A stretch of 63,245 nucleotides of DNA, the filler included, from Perkinsus chesapeaki ATCC PRA-425 (lineage: Eukaryota > Protista > Perkinsozoa), in assembly GCA_013115145.1 (NCBI GenBank). It is 5 parts of 5 records of this genome, joined end to end, with 100 filler letters (N's around TTAATTAATTAA, not from the genome) between each part and the next. Parts side by side here need not be neighbours in the genome. Positions count along the whole stretch, not along the records: positions 10,788 to 18,890 come from JAAPAO010000992.1; positions 18,991 to 46,627 come from JAAPAO010000488.1; 3 more parts are not named here. One strand, 5' to 3'. Made by a program: the position numbers and the translations under genes. Positions 11,651 through 24,481 of this stretch are shown one piece after another. The number at the start of each line of letters is the position of its first letter. The first letter of the stretch is position 1. The notes under the pieces are model-generated. The model made no database searches. It had not been told where the DNA came from and saw only the letters and a list, made by a program, of their open reading frames with translations.

Positions 11651-13190
11651 TCAAACATGTCTCGCCACAGACGCTGAAGATGCTTCAGACGCGTCGGCAT
11701 TCTCATCATAAAAAGGTAGAGGATACTCCCACGACACCTGATGGTGAAAAGTCCCAAACTCGGTGTTTTGTTCAGGAGAGAACCTCATCCGTTTCTTCGT
11801 TCCAATAATAGTACTCCTTCTCCCCGGATTCGGTTGGCACTTTTTTCCACCCCGATGGACATTCGGGCGCCTTGGCGAGCACAGCCGGCGGGAACTCCCA
11901 CTACAAACCAAATCGATTCGCTACAGATTGGATTTGGCTAGTGGGATCGAACAACATATCCAGGACACGTGACCGGACAATTGGCGGGCGCCGAGTACAC
12001 AGCTAGCACACGGGATTAACGGGTTCGCGAATTCCAGATGATTTATCCGTATCGAAATTGCAAAGCAACTCACCGCAGTAGTCTTTGTTTTGATATTATA
12101 AAAATAAACTCGATCGTTTTCGGCCGTCTTCACTCGACGCCATGTCGTCCAATCATCGCCGCCCAGCGCAGAACTGAGCGTCTCTCGCAGCTGATCGGCC
12201 TAACACGCAATGGTCTCCACCAGCGACTCCACGCGGAATCGGAGGAACGCAGGGTAGGCGGTTGGGCCAGAGCTCGACCTTACCTGGTCGGCGGATAGAT
12301 TGGGGCCTTCGAGTTCTGATGATCTCCTTCTTGTGAGTGAGGGCTGAGATGGCCTCGTCCATGTCGATAGCCCAGTTTGCTGAAAAGTACCCGAGTTTAA
12401 TACAAGGATGCCGGACTCTACTCGGCGCGTCACGCACCAAATCGACAATCTTCTACCTCGTTGAAGTAGTACTTATCTCCATCAGGTGAGAAATGTTCCG
12501 TCCACCCGAGTTCCAGCTTTGTTGGCTTCTCCCAAACAGATTCTCCAGTCTCGCAATTCGCATAGTAAACTTCACCTGCAACATGATAGCTCTCAGTCGA
12601 TAGCCCCGACCAGCCCGACGCCACGTCGATGACGTGACCTACGCATAGTGGGAAAGTAGAATCACTCCTTCAGTACAAGGACCCGATGAGCTGCCAGGTG
12701 TGACAAAAAGATTTTTCACCACAGATAGATCGGCACTCAGAACCGCACTGTGAGCTCGGTGCCATACAAGATGATTCGATTGCTGCCATAGACAGTCTAT
12801 GATAGACTTGCTCTCCACGTGACTTCTCCGATGCGTTCTCTGTCTTGAACCGAGACCCTCGATACACACTGCAGACTTCGAGAAGATTTCGAAAGTTAGC
12901 TCCACAATTTTCCTTCCGGCATTCCTCTCCCGTTGGGAATATCGAAGGGAGAAAAGCGCCGAGCAAACAGTGAATGTTCCCCTATACCCGACGCCTAGCC
13001 ATTCCGTAAAGTCCACACATCAGCGGGGATCCTCTCCACCTACCGTCAACTGTTCGAACTTCCTCCCAGCCACTCATCAACGATATCGTCTCACTCGCAC
13101 TTGCCTCACTTGCGCTGTCCTCATGTCCTCGTGGGGGAGCTTTGGGAGCAGGCCCGGCACCGCGTCTTCTGACTGGTGGCGGATAGTTTA
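11651..13190 (-). CDS. Multi-exon protein with several WW domains
   Basis: WW-like units: GEVYYANCETGESVWEKP; GWTEHFSPDGDKYYFNE spliced to QTGLSTWTRP; WRRVKTAENDRVYFYNIKTKTT; PSGWKKVPTESGEKEYYYWNEETDE spliced to VSWEYP; also SGWEEVRTVDG. Flanked by GT-AG introns; boundaries approximate. Confidence 0.75.
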
Positions 13191-16100
13191 GAGTTCTGGA
13201 CCTGAGTTATGTTACTAATAATTCGTCTGTGACAATGACCCGCGAAATTCTTAACAGAATTAAAACTTTTATTTCTGTAATCACTGATTTATCGAATTGA
13301 CAGCAGATATAACAGCATCTCGACTATGTTAAGAATGTGTCTAGTTCTTGAGATCCTTCGGATCCCGTCTGCCAGTCGGTAGTATTTGCATCCCTAACAA
13401 TTATCCACCAAGCACCCAGATTGCCCAAGGATAACGAATTCATATGTCATACAAACTCAAACCCACCGAATTATCCTCTTTTCCTCTTCAGAGGGCCAAA
13501 ACCGACTGTCAGCCCCCAGTCGCGCTTTCCCTGCCGCTCTGGCTTGCGTCATCCCTTTCCGGCCGATTCCCTCCAGAGACTTCCTGCGCCCTCCCAAGTG
13601 ACCGTTCTCATAAAACCATTTCTCATGTGCAGTAAGGCGCTAAAAATAATAAAAACGTCCGACCGTTGATCTGTAATTGTGTTAATGAGCGAGCGAGTAT
13701 TAATTAGAAGGATTCGTTTCTGAATAATAATTGACTCATGGTCGTTGTAGTCCATGCTCTCGCACACCTGTCCTATTTTAGAGATGATTTAGCGCCAACT
13801 GGCTCCTTCGGCTCAAGTGTTACATCACAACCTCAGGCCAGCCAGCCACGGAACCGCCGCCCCCTCACAGATTGCGAGAGCTCCACTATGCTTACCCTCT
13901 TATGATGAGGTGGAGTGTAGCTCCTACTACCCACCCGACATACAAAGTTATCATACAGTGTTGTGGGCAACATCGGCAGGAACGTACGCCTGCCAGGCCT
14001 GCAAACAGCGACAGTCCGAACAAGTTGCTGTATAAACCAACTCACCGAACTTGCCTGTCTGTTGCAGTTCTTCGAGGATCGCTTTTCGCTCCCTCCTGTG
14101 TCGAAGCCGTCGCTGTGCGCGAGTGGCTCCTGGGAATAATAATCAGAAAATTCAACTCGTTCATAGGAGTTCGAGAGATGCCACGATGTGGGAGGCCAAA
14201 GGAGAAGGAGAGACAAAGTTAGAGAAAGGGATCACGCAAGACCCTACCCGTGCTCATCAGTGGTTGGCTCTCTGTTGGCAGCAGCGCCACTGTTTGGTTT
14301 GATTCCTGCTTCACGTGAAGCAGCTTCCTCGCGGAGTCTCCTGTCTGCCTGAGGAGGTCAGGCTGACGTTGAATGGAGTCCCCATTGTATAACATCAACA
14401 ACAAGTCATCCTATTTTAAAAAGCCAAAGGACGCGATTTTTGAGAGAGTGCTTCAAGTGTATCAGTTTACAAATTGTTCCCACCAACACCGGGGAGCTAT
14501 CAGTGGAGCTCAATATCACACTAAAACTAAGAATCGACCCAACCCTTCGAACCCTCACTTGCGTGCTGCACGGTCGAATGCCTTGCTTTGCCTCGTCAAT
14601 GCGTCGTCGATTTGCTATTTTCAACTGCAGGATACAACGATCTTCGACAATAATAGTAATTCAGCTTCTCTTACTAACGGTGAGCCGGTGGCCAGCCAGG
14701 CCTTATTCGATCCCACATCAGCAGCTTTGTTCATAAACATGGACACTGTCGGGAAGCCGTTCGATCGTATCATCGCCGGAGGATGAACTCGCTTGCCGCC
14801 ACCCGAGCGACGCTTTCCTGAGAAGGAATTCCGGCAGTGCCAGTCGTAACATGTCGGAGACTCAAGAAGCTGAGAGCCCGCGACTAAAGGGAGAAGAAAG
14901 AATTGCCTGAAATTCTGAATTAGGACTCGGTCCGGGACCCTCAGTACGGCAGAAATTCATGGAGGAGCTGCTGCTTCACACTTTTCTACCTTCAGGAGAC
15001 ACAAAAGACATACAGGACTTTATCTAGGGCATCATCCCACCAAGGGCATTCTGGCCTGGGAACCTGGCTGATTGCCTGCCACCCTGGTTCAGGTTCGAGC
15101 CGCTGATTTCAAGTGGTAAATGTTCTAAACGGAGTGAAATATATTTTCTGACTACCCGTACTTTTCTTCTTGCCATGATGGATTTCTCAGAATCGCTGCA
15201 ATTTCAACTTGCCACTCAAAAATCTCACGGCAGTAAGCTGTTGATGCCCAAGATGACCGATTGTGTAATGTGGTGTCCCAGTGGGGACAGTGCAGCTATC
15301 ACAAAGCTTATTGATCTGTAGCGTAATTGTATCCATATTAATAGTTAGATTTATCCCTTAATCTCCCTCTTGAGTCAATGATCTTTGCTACACCAACGGA
15401 CAATAACACTATATACCGGCACAATACTGGCCAAGAGCTTTCAAGATGTCCCACCCCTCCGTCGTAAGGCATGGAAGAGTGTCTCTCAGTCCTCGCGATT
15501 TACCCACTTTTAGAGGAGACCAGCCAAGCAGGCTCGCCTTCGTCTTCAGGTGTCCTCAATTGATGCTCTTCATCTCCACCATGGAAGGAATGTCCTGAAG
15601 AGAATACGTATATGGTTCACAAAATAGTAACGCATCAGAATCAACAACCACATCAGTGGATTGTGAGAGGGAACATAGAAGGCATTAAATTTAATAATTC
15701 TTCCTTCACTAGGATCACTTTCCCTATTGAGCTTTACAATATAACATTATACTAATGAGTCCCCGCATTGAGAGAACTATTTCTATTCTCAAGTAAGACA
15801 GTTCCACGTGGACCACGTGACGTGGTCGTATGAGTCCATGCTAGCAGCGCCTCAATCATAGGGGAAGCAAGAGACGAGTCGCATCGCAGATCCAACAAGC
15901 AAGCCAGTTCAGAGATACAAAAATTTGCCAACTCCTGGCACACGCAAACCTTACTTAGCGATAGACCACTTTTCCGTTGCTTCGCCAGAAAGCTGTCCAA
16001 CGATAAGTTCAGCTGTCTAGTGTCTTTCCTGTAAAATCCGCGAATGACCAAACGCCGAATGCCAAACTTGTAGCGCCCGAACCTGAAGAGAATGTCGCAT

Positions 16101-16533
16101 TCGCGATTTTCCTGTCTGGCGGGTGGAAAGCAGCAGCCAAGATGGTCCGAAGTCATCGATGTACTGAAACTACTTATACTTGCACTTACTACGAGTAAGT
16201 CACTGGTGAGGAGAAGTAGCAATAAGTCCAAGATTTTTTCTATTAGCATGCTTTATCACCTAAAGTCCTATTTCCACCAACTACGCATCGCTCGAAGAGG
16301 TCTCGTGGGAATAGACAGCCAAAATTTACGAACTCCACAACATCAACATTTAACCACTCCTACGGCCCGTGGCAGTACAACAGCAACAACCCTGCACATA
16401 TTTCTCATTAAAGTGCCACCACAGACTTCAACACTTATAGAGAAACACTTCCACGGTGAAGCTAATAAGCCAGACTAGTCTGGAAGGCGCTATCATACTC
16501 AATAGACTTTTTAAGGCATGCCATTTCAAAATA

Positions 16534-16560
16534 TGCCGATACCAGGGATCGAACCAGCCT
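16534..16560 (-). pseudogene. tRNA 3'-end relic (B-box, T-arm and 3' acceptor strand)
   Basis: Minus strand reads AGGCTGGTTCGATCCCTGGTATCGGCA followed by TATTTT; there is no matching 5' half. Confidence 0.45.
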
Positions 16561-18229
16561 CTCACCATATGTCCGGGTGACCATCGCCCATCTCCAGACG
16601 AATCTTCGAACATAGCCCGTCCAATCTAGGCAGCTGAAAGTGATGATCAAGACACTGGAGTATCGGGCGCATCCAAGCAATGCATATTTCGAAGGCATTC
16701 GCCGGTTTCTTAATACAAGTATACCTCAATGCTGGTCTACCAAGCAGACTACTCTTGTCGGCGTTTGATTCATAGAATTTATTTTTTTGTTTTCATAAAT
16801 GCTTGTTCCCGCTCTAGGTAGCATACATACCGCAACGGTACAACAAGAAGAGTAAAGACCGTTCCAAAACTCTATGAGGACTTTCGAAAATCGATTACTT
16901 GTCAATGCGTGTTTTGATTGTCCCACATGTGGACAGCAATAATATAACGAGATAATGCAACGCCCAAGGTAATAGTAAACCACGGAAAATGAACTAAATC
17001 TAGTCTGAGCAAGCAGTTAAATCTATCTGACCTTGGAGATTCTATTAAATGTTGATCCCGTCCACCGTTTGCCATTCCCGTCCACATCGGGATGGAATTT
17101 ATAACCTTCCGCCGCCGAACAATGTTTCGCCTCAGTTCCTTCGATTGCAGTGTGCCAGCTCTGATCAACAACGACAAACAGATTCTTAATTCCGAAGCCC
17201 ATCTAAATGAGCAATCACTGATCATTTTTCATTTGAAGAGATGCCCTTACACCGTATCGCACGTACGGTTATTTTGAAATTTGAATTAGGAATCCGCGCA
17301 GCCCTGCCCTACCTCCCCTGTAGAAGTCTGAATCTTAAAGTTGTCCGAATGACAATTGCCGTACCAAAATATTATAATTTGTGTCACTTGCACCGGTCTG
17401 TTTTCAAAGTCATTGCCAGAGAGATCCAGTTCAATCCATGCACCTACAAAAGATACTCCGCAGCTCAGCAACGAGGACCTCACGGGATTGAGCTGTCCGC
17501 CAGAATGTCTTCTGACTCGCATCCGTTACGTTGCTCGCTGGTCTATCAGATTCGTCTGATGCCCGGCAAGCCAAGCCAAACCTGAACAGAGACGCTGAGT
17601 TACACAAGTTACAGGCTTACAAGTTACTGAGTTACACGCTCAGTTTTCCATCCCGACGACTAACAATGATCCGAAGGGCAACTCGGCGGTATTCGGCTCG
17701 CGTGGCGAATTGCAATACACGCACTCAACAGAGCATCCGTTGAACCGCTATAAAAACTCCCTTCTTCTTTAGAGTGCAACGTGGGCCTTACGAGCAGACT
17801 CATCCGCCGTGGAAAACTAAAGACCCGTGAATGTTCTCCTAGATTTCCGAAAACGCTGTATGCCTCTGGAAACGAGCACCGTGTGAAATTTCTGCTCGTA
17901 AAGACTGCATACTTCCCATAGCTGACTTCCCGGATCAGTCCGGGAGTACAAAACACCCGCCACGAACTATCGGCCAAGTACCTTCACTTAGAATTCGAAC
18001 TCTGACAGCAAGGCTCCACCGTCCCAGTAGGCCGATAAGCTAAAGCACCAAATGTGGAGCTCTAAGCGACTTTACTGTCGATCATGATTCCCTCGCGAAA
18101 GAAATTTGTTGGACCACCACGGGAACTGTCGCCCTATTATTACGCCAAGTCATCCTTAAGTCCTAGTGGGTGAGGTTGCCGTCCACTCGGAGACAGGCCT
18201 GAGCTGGCATTATAGTTCACCGGCTACCA

Positions 18230-18810
18230 CGCACTATTACTGCTGCCCATACTCCTCAATGGTGACGGACGATCAGCACCAAATCTTCCAGGCTTCGTTA
18301 TGTCGGTCTGAATACACCGCATACAGTATATCCAAAAAATCAGGAGTATCAGAAATAAACTGAAGAAGTGCGTCTCAGATTGGCATACCATTTTGTAAAT
18401 ATTGTTTTCCAATTTGTACACATCACATTCCTAATCTTTCGGAATTTCATACAGCCAAGATGACTCCCCGTAGAGAAGCTCTCCGAAAATTAAAAACTAC
18501 GGCACCTCACAACTCCATCAGTGATACTATGCCATTGGCATGGATGCCAAAGTGGACTGCTTTCACTCCTCACATGTTGCGTATCGCAGAGCTGCCTAGC
18601 ACCAATTCACACTTGAATTTCATTCTCAACATACTTTACCGTAGCGGTGCGGCGGCAGTTACGTGACGAGTCCTATTCCGAATAACAACCGCCATCGAAT
18701 GCCAACGGCACCCAACTTCCGACCATGACTATATCGAATACTTTTCATTGACAAGAACTACTGTACGAGATCGACTGAACAGCCACACGATGACCTTAAG
18801 AGTAGACTTG
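18230..18810 (+). pseudogene. Decayed apurinic-type endonuclease of a non-LTR retrotransposon
   Basis: Across frameshifts: SVYIHR-like, AIGMDA (GDFNA-like), FILN and TSDHDYIEYF (the SDH motif of EEP domains). Confidence 0.4.
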
Positions 18811-18817
18811 CCCCTTT

Positions 18818-18890
<73 letters not shown>

Positions 18891-18990
18891 NNNNNNNNNN
18901 NNNNNNNNNNNNNNNNNNNNNNNNNNNNNNNNNNTTAATTAATTAANNNNNNNNNNNNNNNNNNNNNNNNNNNNNNNNNNNNNNNNNNNN
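18891..18990. other. Artificial contig linker
   Basis: 44N-TTAATTAATTAA-44N. Confidence 0.95.
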
Positions 18991-21050
18991 AGTTTGTACC
19001 AGTTTAACTGCGTACGAGTTTGGCTATGTACCAGCTTGCACTGTACGATATGATACTCACCCCATGTCCGATCCAACACGCGAAACATTAAAGTGATCCT
19101 GAAATGCTTGCGCGACAACTTCGCGTTGAGCCCTGTTTCGGGTGGTCGTTAAGTCTAGTGTCGTGATAGGTGTTAACGCTTTCTTATCACAATACCTATC
19201 AGCTTTATTGAGGGTAATTGCGTTTGGTACGACCAGCGCACTGCTACATTTACGCGCCTGAACCCTGACAATACAAACTTGTACGATATCCATGGAATCG
19301 AGGACAATGTCCTGCTTGCGAATCGTTCATTACAATCCATTTCATTACAGTCATTATAATAGTCCATTACAGTCATTTTAGTAGTTATTTCAGGTGTTTG
19401 GCCCGCTGAACCCAAGCGGGCTGCGACAAGACCTGAAATGGGGCCGAAGCAATATGGAATTCTCAACAAGATTGTATTGCTGGGTACATATGCTCCGAGC
19501 AGTTACCCAACACCTTCCTACCTACATAAATTTGAGCACGGAAGGGACAGAAGAAAACGTTCAAGCTAGGAGGAAAGACTTCAAAAGAGATATAAAGGCG
19601 CTGCACCGTTGTACCAGCAACAGTATGTTTGAAGACGCTGCAAAAGCCTTTCAAGTCAAGTGGGAGGGAATTAACAACAAAATTTGTTGAACAAATTGCT
19701 GAAATATTTCAGAAAAACGTGGCTGTACGAAAAAGCTACGTTGTACATTGGAGCGCACCGAAAATTTAAAGAGCGCTGCCGAAGGCATCAACGGAGGTCT
19801 TAAAGCAGGTAGGTATTTGGAGCATATAGGATGTAGAGTCTAGAAAATTCGGGATATATTCTGTTATGACATTCACTAGTACGATACCGTTAGAAATACT
19901 GTACAACATGCTAAGTAACAATTTAAGATCGCGTGTTTGAAAAAGTCCTCCGGCATATGAGCAAGCCCGAATAGCAAACTCAGGCAGCTATGTCTACATG
20001 CTAGGTGAAATCTAGTATTCAACTTTTAGGCCTCAGCTCACTCTGATAAAAACTTGAATTTTGGGGTTCAAGTCTAGCTGTGTTGTGTAATTTGAATTGG
20101 CACGTATTTTCCAAGGTGATAGCTTATTCTTGTTAACCATATATATTATCGTTAGGCACCCGCAATCTTTAAATTTGAAATAAATTTCTTGTTATGTATC
20201 ATATTACATCAATATAATTATCAACTTCAATGATCTACTGACTTATGCGATCCTACTCCTGTATTTTATAACTTTAAACTATGTTCGAAAGTGGTCTCAA
20301 TCTTTGCTGCTTAGGTAGAATCCTTCAACGCACTCGTGCATGAGGTGTTGGACTGTTGCGAAGACTTTGCTTGGGGAAAGGCGTCTGAGGGAGAAAGAGT
20401 GTCACTGAAGCGGGCGACAGAAGCGGCCAAATGGGCACTGCAACTGAAACTTGTCTACACTGACGCTGAGGCTAGATATTACATGGTGCCAGCTAAGGGA
20501 TTTATCCAATCAGCGGTTAACAGCCTCGTCATTGACAACACGGTTGCGCAGTTGTATCTACGACATGAGAACTTGCAAGGGGCACAGTGGGATGACTGGA
20601 GGCAAATTCGAGACACTATCGAAGGGATATTGATTATTGACGCTCGACCTGGAATGCACTATTCCTGCTCCTGCTACCAATCCAAGAAAGCCAAACAGGA
20701 AAAAAGACGTGCGATCACTCGCTAGGGATTAGACTCCTAGTTGGGGGTTACCTCGGCCCTTACCGTATTCGAGATCTTCTTCAGTTTAGTCCAAAACCTG
20801 TTGGGCGCCCAAAGTCCGTGATGTCTAAATCACTGCCCTGGAGAATTAGAACTCGTCTGTAGGTACGACACCACGACTGCTCTTGAAGTTGACGAAGACC
20901 ACAGAGCCCGAGGAGAACTTATCGACCTAAATATGGCCAGAGATCGCGTCGAATCGCTGCGCCTACCCGATGGAGCAAGGAGGATAAATACCACCTGGAT
21001 TCTACCACCTGCCGTAGATAATCCACCACCGTCAGCAGGTAAGACGTGAA
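18991..21050 (+). mobile_element. Mutator/MULE transposase pseudogene with SWIM finger, apparently intron-containing
   Basis: RLYCWVHMLRAV (CxxH), AEGINGGLK (19778-19804, catalytic Glu motif) and YSCSCYQ followed after a frameshift by KTCDHSLG (SWIM CxC..CxH). AT-rich GT-AG interruptions. Confidence 0.7.
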
Positions 21051-21883
21051 AGGCTTATTTCGTGCTGTTCTCTGCGATACACAGTGAACTCAATGCTCGA
21101 AAGCCGAGTACAGCCACTTTTTGCAGGTAGCAACTATCAATCACCATTGGTTTCGCACGGCTACGGGGATACTGATGAAGAACGTCATCCAGTTAATGGA
21201 GTAACCTCTCTTGTTACTGAATGTTTTCACGCGTTTTAATTTAGGCGAGCGAGATTACAACATTGCTGAGGAATGGCAAGGCTTCAAGATACGTATTCGT
21301 TATAGTAGCACTTTAACCGATAACTAATAGTTGCTGACACGATGGCCGCTGCTGATACTGAAGTGTAAGTTCCCTGACTGGTCTTTTTTGATGCCCGCAA
21401 AAGTTAACTCGTATTTTCCCAATATTTTTTTGGGAAATGAATCGCACTGCCCCTTGAGGCCTCCTCCCCCGTGAAATCGAAAAATGATGAGAACAGCCTC
21501 TGTGCAGAAATGCATTGCTTCTTGGTGTCAAATTGTATTCATTCTCATCATTGAGTTTGCAAAACTTTTCGCAATTACTCTGATTAGTTCCGTATAGCTT
21601 TCTATTCTTGTCGTGAAGTAGTTTCTTTGCAGTGCGCGAATATCTTGCCTGGCTAAGCTATACGGACTATCAGATCGGTGCAAAAATGAGGCCTGTTACT
21701 CTCGACAATCACATCTTATATAAATAGTAATTAATGTATAAATGTAGGAAGACCGCTTTAATAATATTTTTTCATCCATCCCTTCAAAATCGGTTCTACT
21801 AGGAGAATTCATAACTGTGAAGTTCCGTTTTCAATAATCAATCAATTTCGTTTTGTGATGGATATTTCTTCCTTATCGTTCAG

Positions 21884-23974
21884 TCCGGTCATTCGCTGCA
21901 CCTCGAAGCACTCCGCTAATTTTTACATCAGAGCCCTCCAGAACTTCCTCAATGGGATGCCGGTAATAAGAGATTGGATATTGTGAATGAATATTTCAAC
22001 AGTCTCACTAGCTCAGTTGGTAGAGTGAATGGCTTGGAAGCTTGAGGACGCGGGTTCCAAACCCGCGAGGTCTTCAATCTTTTTTCTGATGATATACTTC
22101 CGTCTATCGGCAATGGAGCGTTTTAAGTTCCTTTACTGAAGTGTTGAAACATGTACCAAGTTCATTCAGCTGTGAAAGCTCCAACATTTTTTTGGGGGAA
22201 AATTCATACTTAACTTCGCTGGCATTATCACATTTGAGGTTTTACTTGCACATTATCTGTTATATGTATCATTACTGATTATATAATAAATGTATCTTTT
22301 CTAGTGAGAATATTAGTATCAACTTAAGTGTGTTTTGGAAATAGATTTCTATATTCCTTTTATCACTGCCTGTGTCACCTGGTGGTGTATGAATATATAT
22401 CTGTATCGTCTATGATGGGTGATACAAGGTCAGGATAGGATGTACTCTGCCCGTCTCTCAGTATCTTTTTATATAATTATTTTTTTTGTACAGTTACTTG
22501 TTTATTTTATATTATTATTACCGCCATTTTCACTAGTAATTGTTTGGTACTATTTTGTCGTAATACTTGACAATATATTTTCCTTTTGTTGATAGTTCAT
22601 GACACACCGTGAACTGAAAATCTGGAAAACATCAATACCGCCCACTTTTGGTCGTCATTGTGGAATATATAGCACAAATTCAACCTCGCAGTTTTGACTG
22701 CCCCACAGCAGAGTGAATAATGTTAGTTATTATCTTGATGAAGGATCTACTATTATTAGATATTTATTGATATAATGTGTATGATTAACAAGCTTGGCTG
22801 TGGTGCATTATTATAATTTATTATTCTCATATCACTCGCTTCTCTAGTTTCGATATTCTATCATACTCGGTTTACTAGCATAACTGTTACTAGTCTACAG
22901 GCCTACGAACCAGCTGCACTTCCATATTAGATACTTTATGATCAGTTTAATTTTTTCAAAAAATTTCTATATTTTTTGATAGGTTATTGCTATTGCTAGT
23001 ATTTAATATTAAGTAATAATATAATAAGTGTTATTCAATGCTAATATTAATATAGATGTTATTCATAATATATTACGTTCGGCAATCAATTTTTATAATT
23101 TCCTCTCTTTTACTCATTTTGTAGTTATTCTATTTGTTAACAAACTTTGTCTTTTTGTTGTTGTAATTAGTTAAATCATATAGATGACTAATATAATATT
23201 GATAAATGGCAATTAATATAATATTCGATGATACTCATTGTTACTCAGGCCAAAGGGGACTACCCAGCGAAGCCCGCCGTTGATCGTGTTGAGGTGACCG
23301 GCCTCGCTGCCGCTATCACCTACGCGGTGGCAGCTGGCACTGCTGCTGAGGATGCAGGTGTGGGAAAGATGATCAAGATCGAGACAGATATTGTGATGGT
23401 TAAACCGGATTATGGTATGGGAAGATCTACCGAGGAGCATGGTAAGATTTCTTCGTCTGGGAAAAAATCTAAAATTTCGAAAATTTCTCGACTAGAGTAT
23501 AGGCAAGAATTTTTAAGATGTTTCTTGAATTCTTCATTTTTGGGAAAATGGGATAACTCTTATAAGTGTTGTAGTTTCAATAGTATTACTACTAATAGTG
23601 TACAGCGGTATAGTTTACACCTTTGTGGTCGTTGTGTCATATACCATCGGATGGGGGGATGCTAGGGTTTGTTACTTTCATAATACACCTTTGAAGAGAC
23701 TATTTTTTATTATATATTATATTGTCAAAAATAGAAAATGTTACTATAGCATCAACAAGTGATTAACTGTTATGGGCTTGGGTCAAGAAAGAAACGTGTT
23801 TGATATCTGCGGAACACATTTCTGTGAGCCTATATTTATGTTTGACAATTATGCCAGTTGCACGTATTATTGGAAATGTTCTAATGTGGTTTAGGTGTAC
23901 CGAGCATAAGTATTGTGGTTGATCGCATCGTCGATGGTAAAGACGTCGCGAAGGAGAAGGAGCAGTCGAATTAG
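21884..23974 (+). CDS. Alba-domain nucleic-acid-binding protein, Alba3-like; exons 21884-21962, 23249-23441, 23895-23974; 5' exon not found
   Basis: Phase-compatible splicing gives PVIRCTSKHSANFYIRALQNFLNGMP-AKGDYPAKPAVDRVEVTGLAAAITYAVAAGTAAEDAGVGKMIKIETD...GVPSISIVVD, matching the apicomplexan Alba3 pattern (FYARI..MF..G...EVIITGLG.A...IGQI.KV.T...IPKITIVL). Confidence 0.75.
22002..22072 (+). pseudogene. Pseudo-tRNA inside an Alba intron
   Basis: A-box TAGCTCAGTTGGTAGAG and T-arm GCGGG-TTCCAAA-CCCGC are present; acceptor and anticodon stems pair poorly, so the isotype is not assignable. Confidence 0.6.
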
Positions 23975-24027
23975 AAGGATGACTGCCTTTCATGCTGTCG
24001 ACCCGGGTTCGATTCCCGAATGGGGAG
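23975..24027 (+). pseudogene. 5'-truncated tRNA-Glu(TTC)
   Basis: Anticodon arm ACTGC-CTTTCAT-GCTGT, T-arm CCGGG-TTCGATT-CCCGA, 3' acceptor strand ATGGGGA-G, then T6. The D-arm and 5' acceptor strand are absent. Confidence 0.75.
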
Positions 24028-24481
24028 TTTTTTCACCTTGAAAGATTGCCTGGCAAAGTTGAAGTCGATTTGCTTCTCGAGTTATTTACTGTTCTTAGAA
24101 CGCATCCGTCTTGAGTTGCAGTGGAAATAATTACCTTTGAAGCGTATTTAATTGGGTTGTTAGATAGTATCAGACGTCGAAGCGTGCAAGATACGAAATA
24201 GGTTGATGGTAACGCCCTTAGGAACCTGGTGATTGGTTATTAAATCCCTGTTGAGCTTATATTGATGAGGTTTATTCCAAAAGTGATATTTTGCTCAGAT
24301 ACATTCAACTGTTGGGGTGTTTAATTTCCTTTGTTGTTGTTTTCTCGTCTTTCTATGATATAGGTTATGATTTATACAGACAATAAATTTCAGCGTATTA
24401 GAAATGATAATTCCGATTAGGAATATCGGTTTTTATTTTTTCGCGAGTAAATGATTCCGATCAGGTTGCTTCGCTGTTCCG

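Noticed and set aside
13400-18200. Many 60-165-aa ORFs with coding-like composition
   Set aside because: No motif I can recognise, and frames are broken; probably decayed elements or an unresolved multi-exon gene.
18820-18890. 71-nt poly-G run (poly-Gly ORF, G4 candidate)
   Set aside because: It abuts a contig end and is typical of a sequencing or base-calling artefact.
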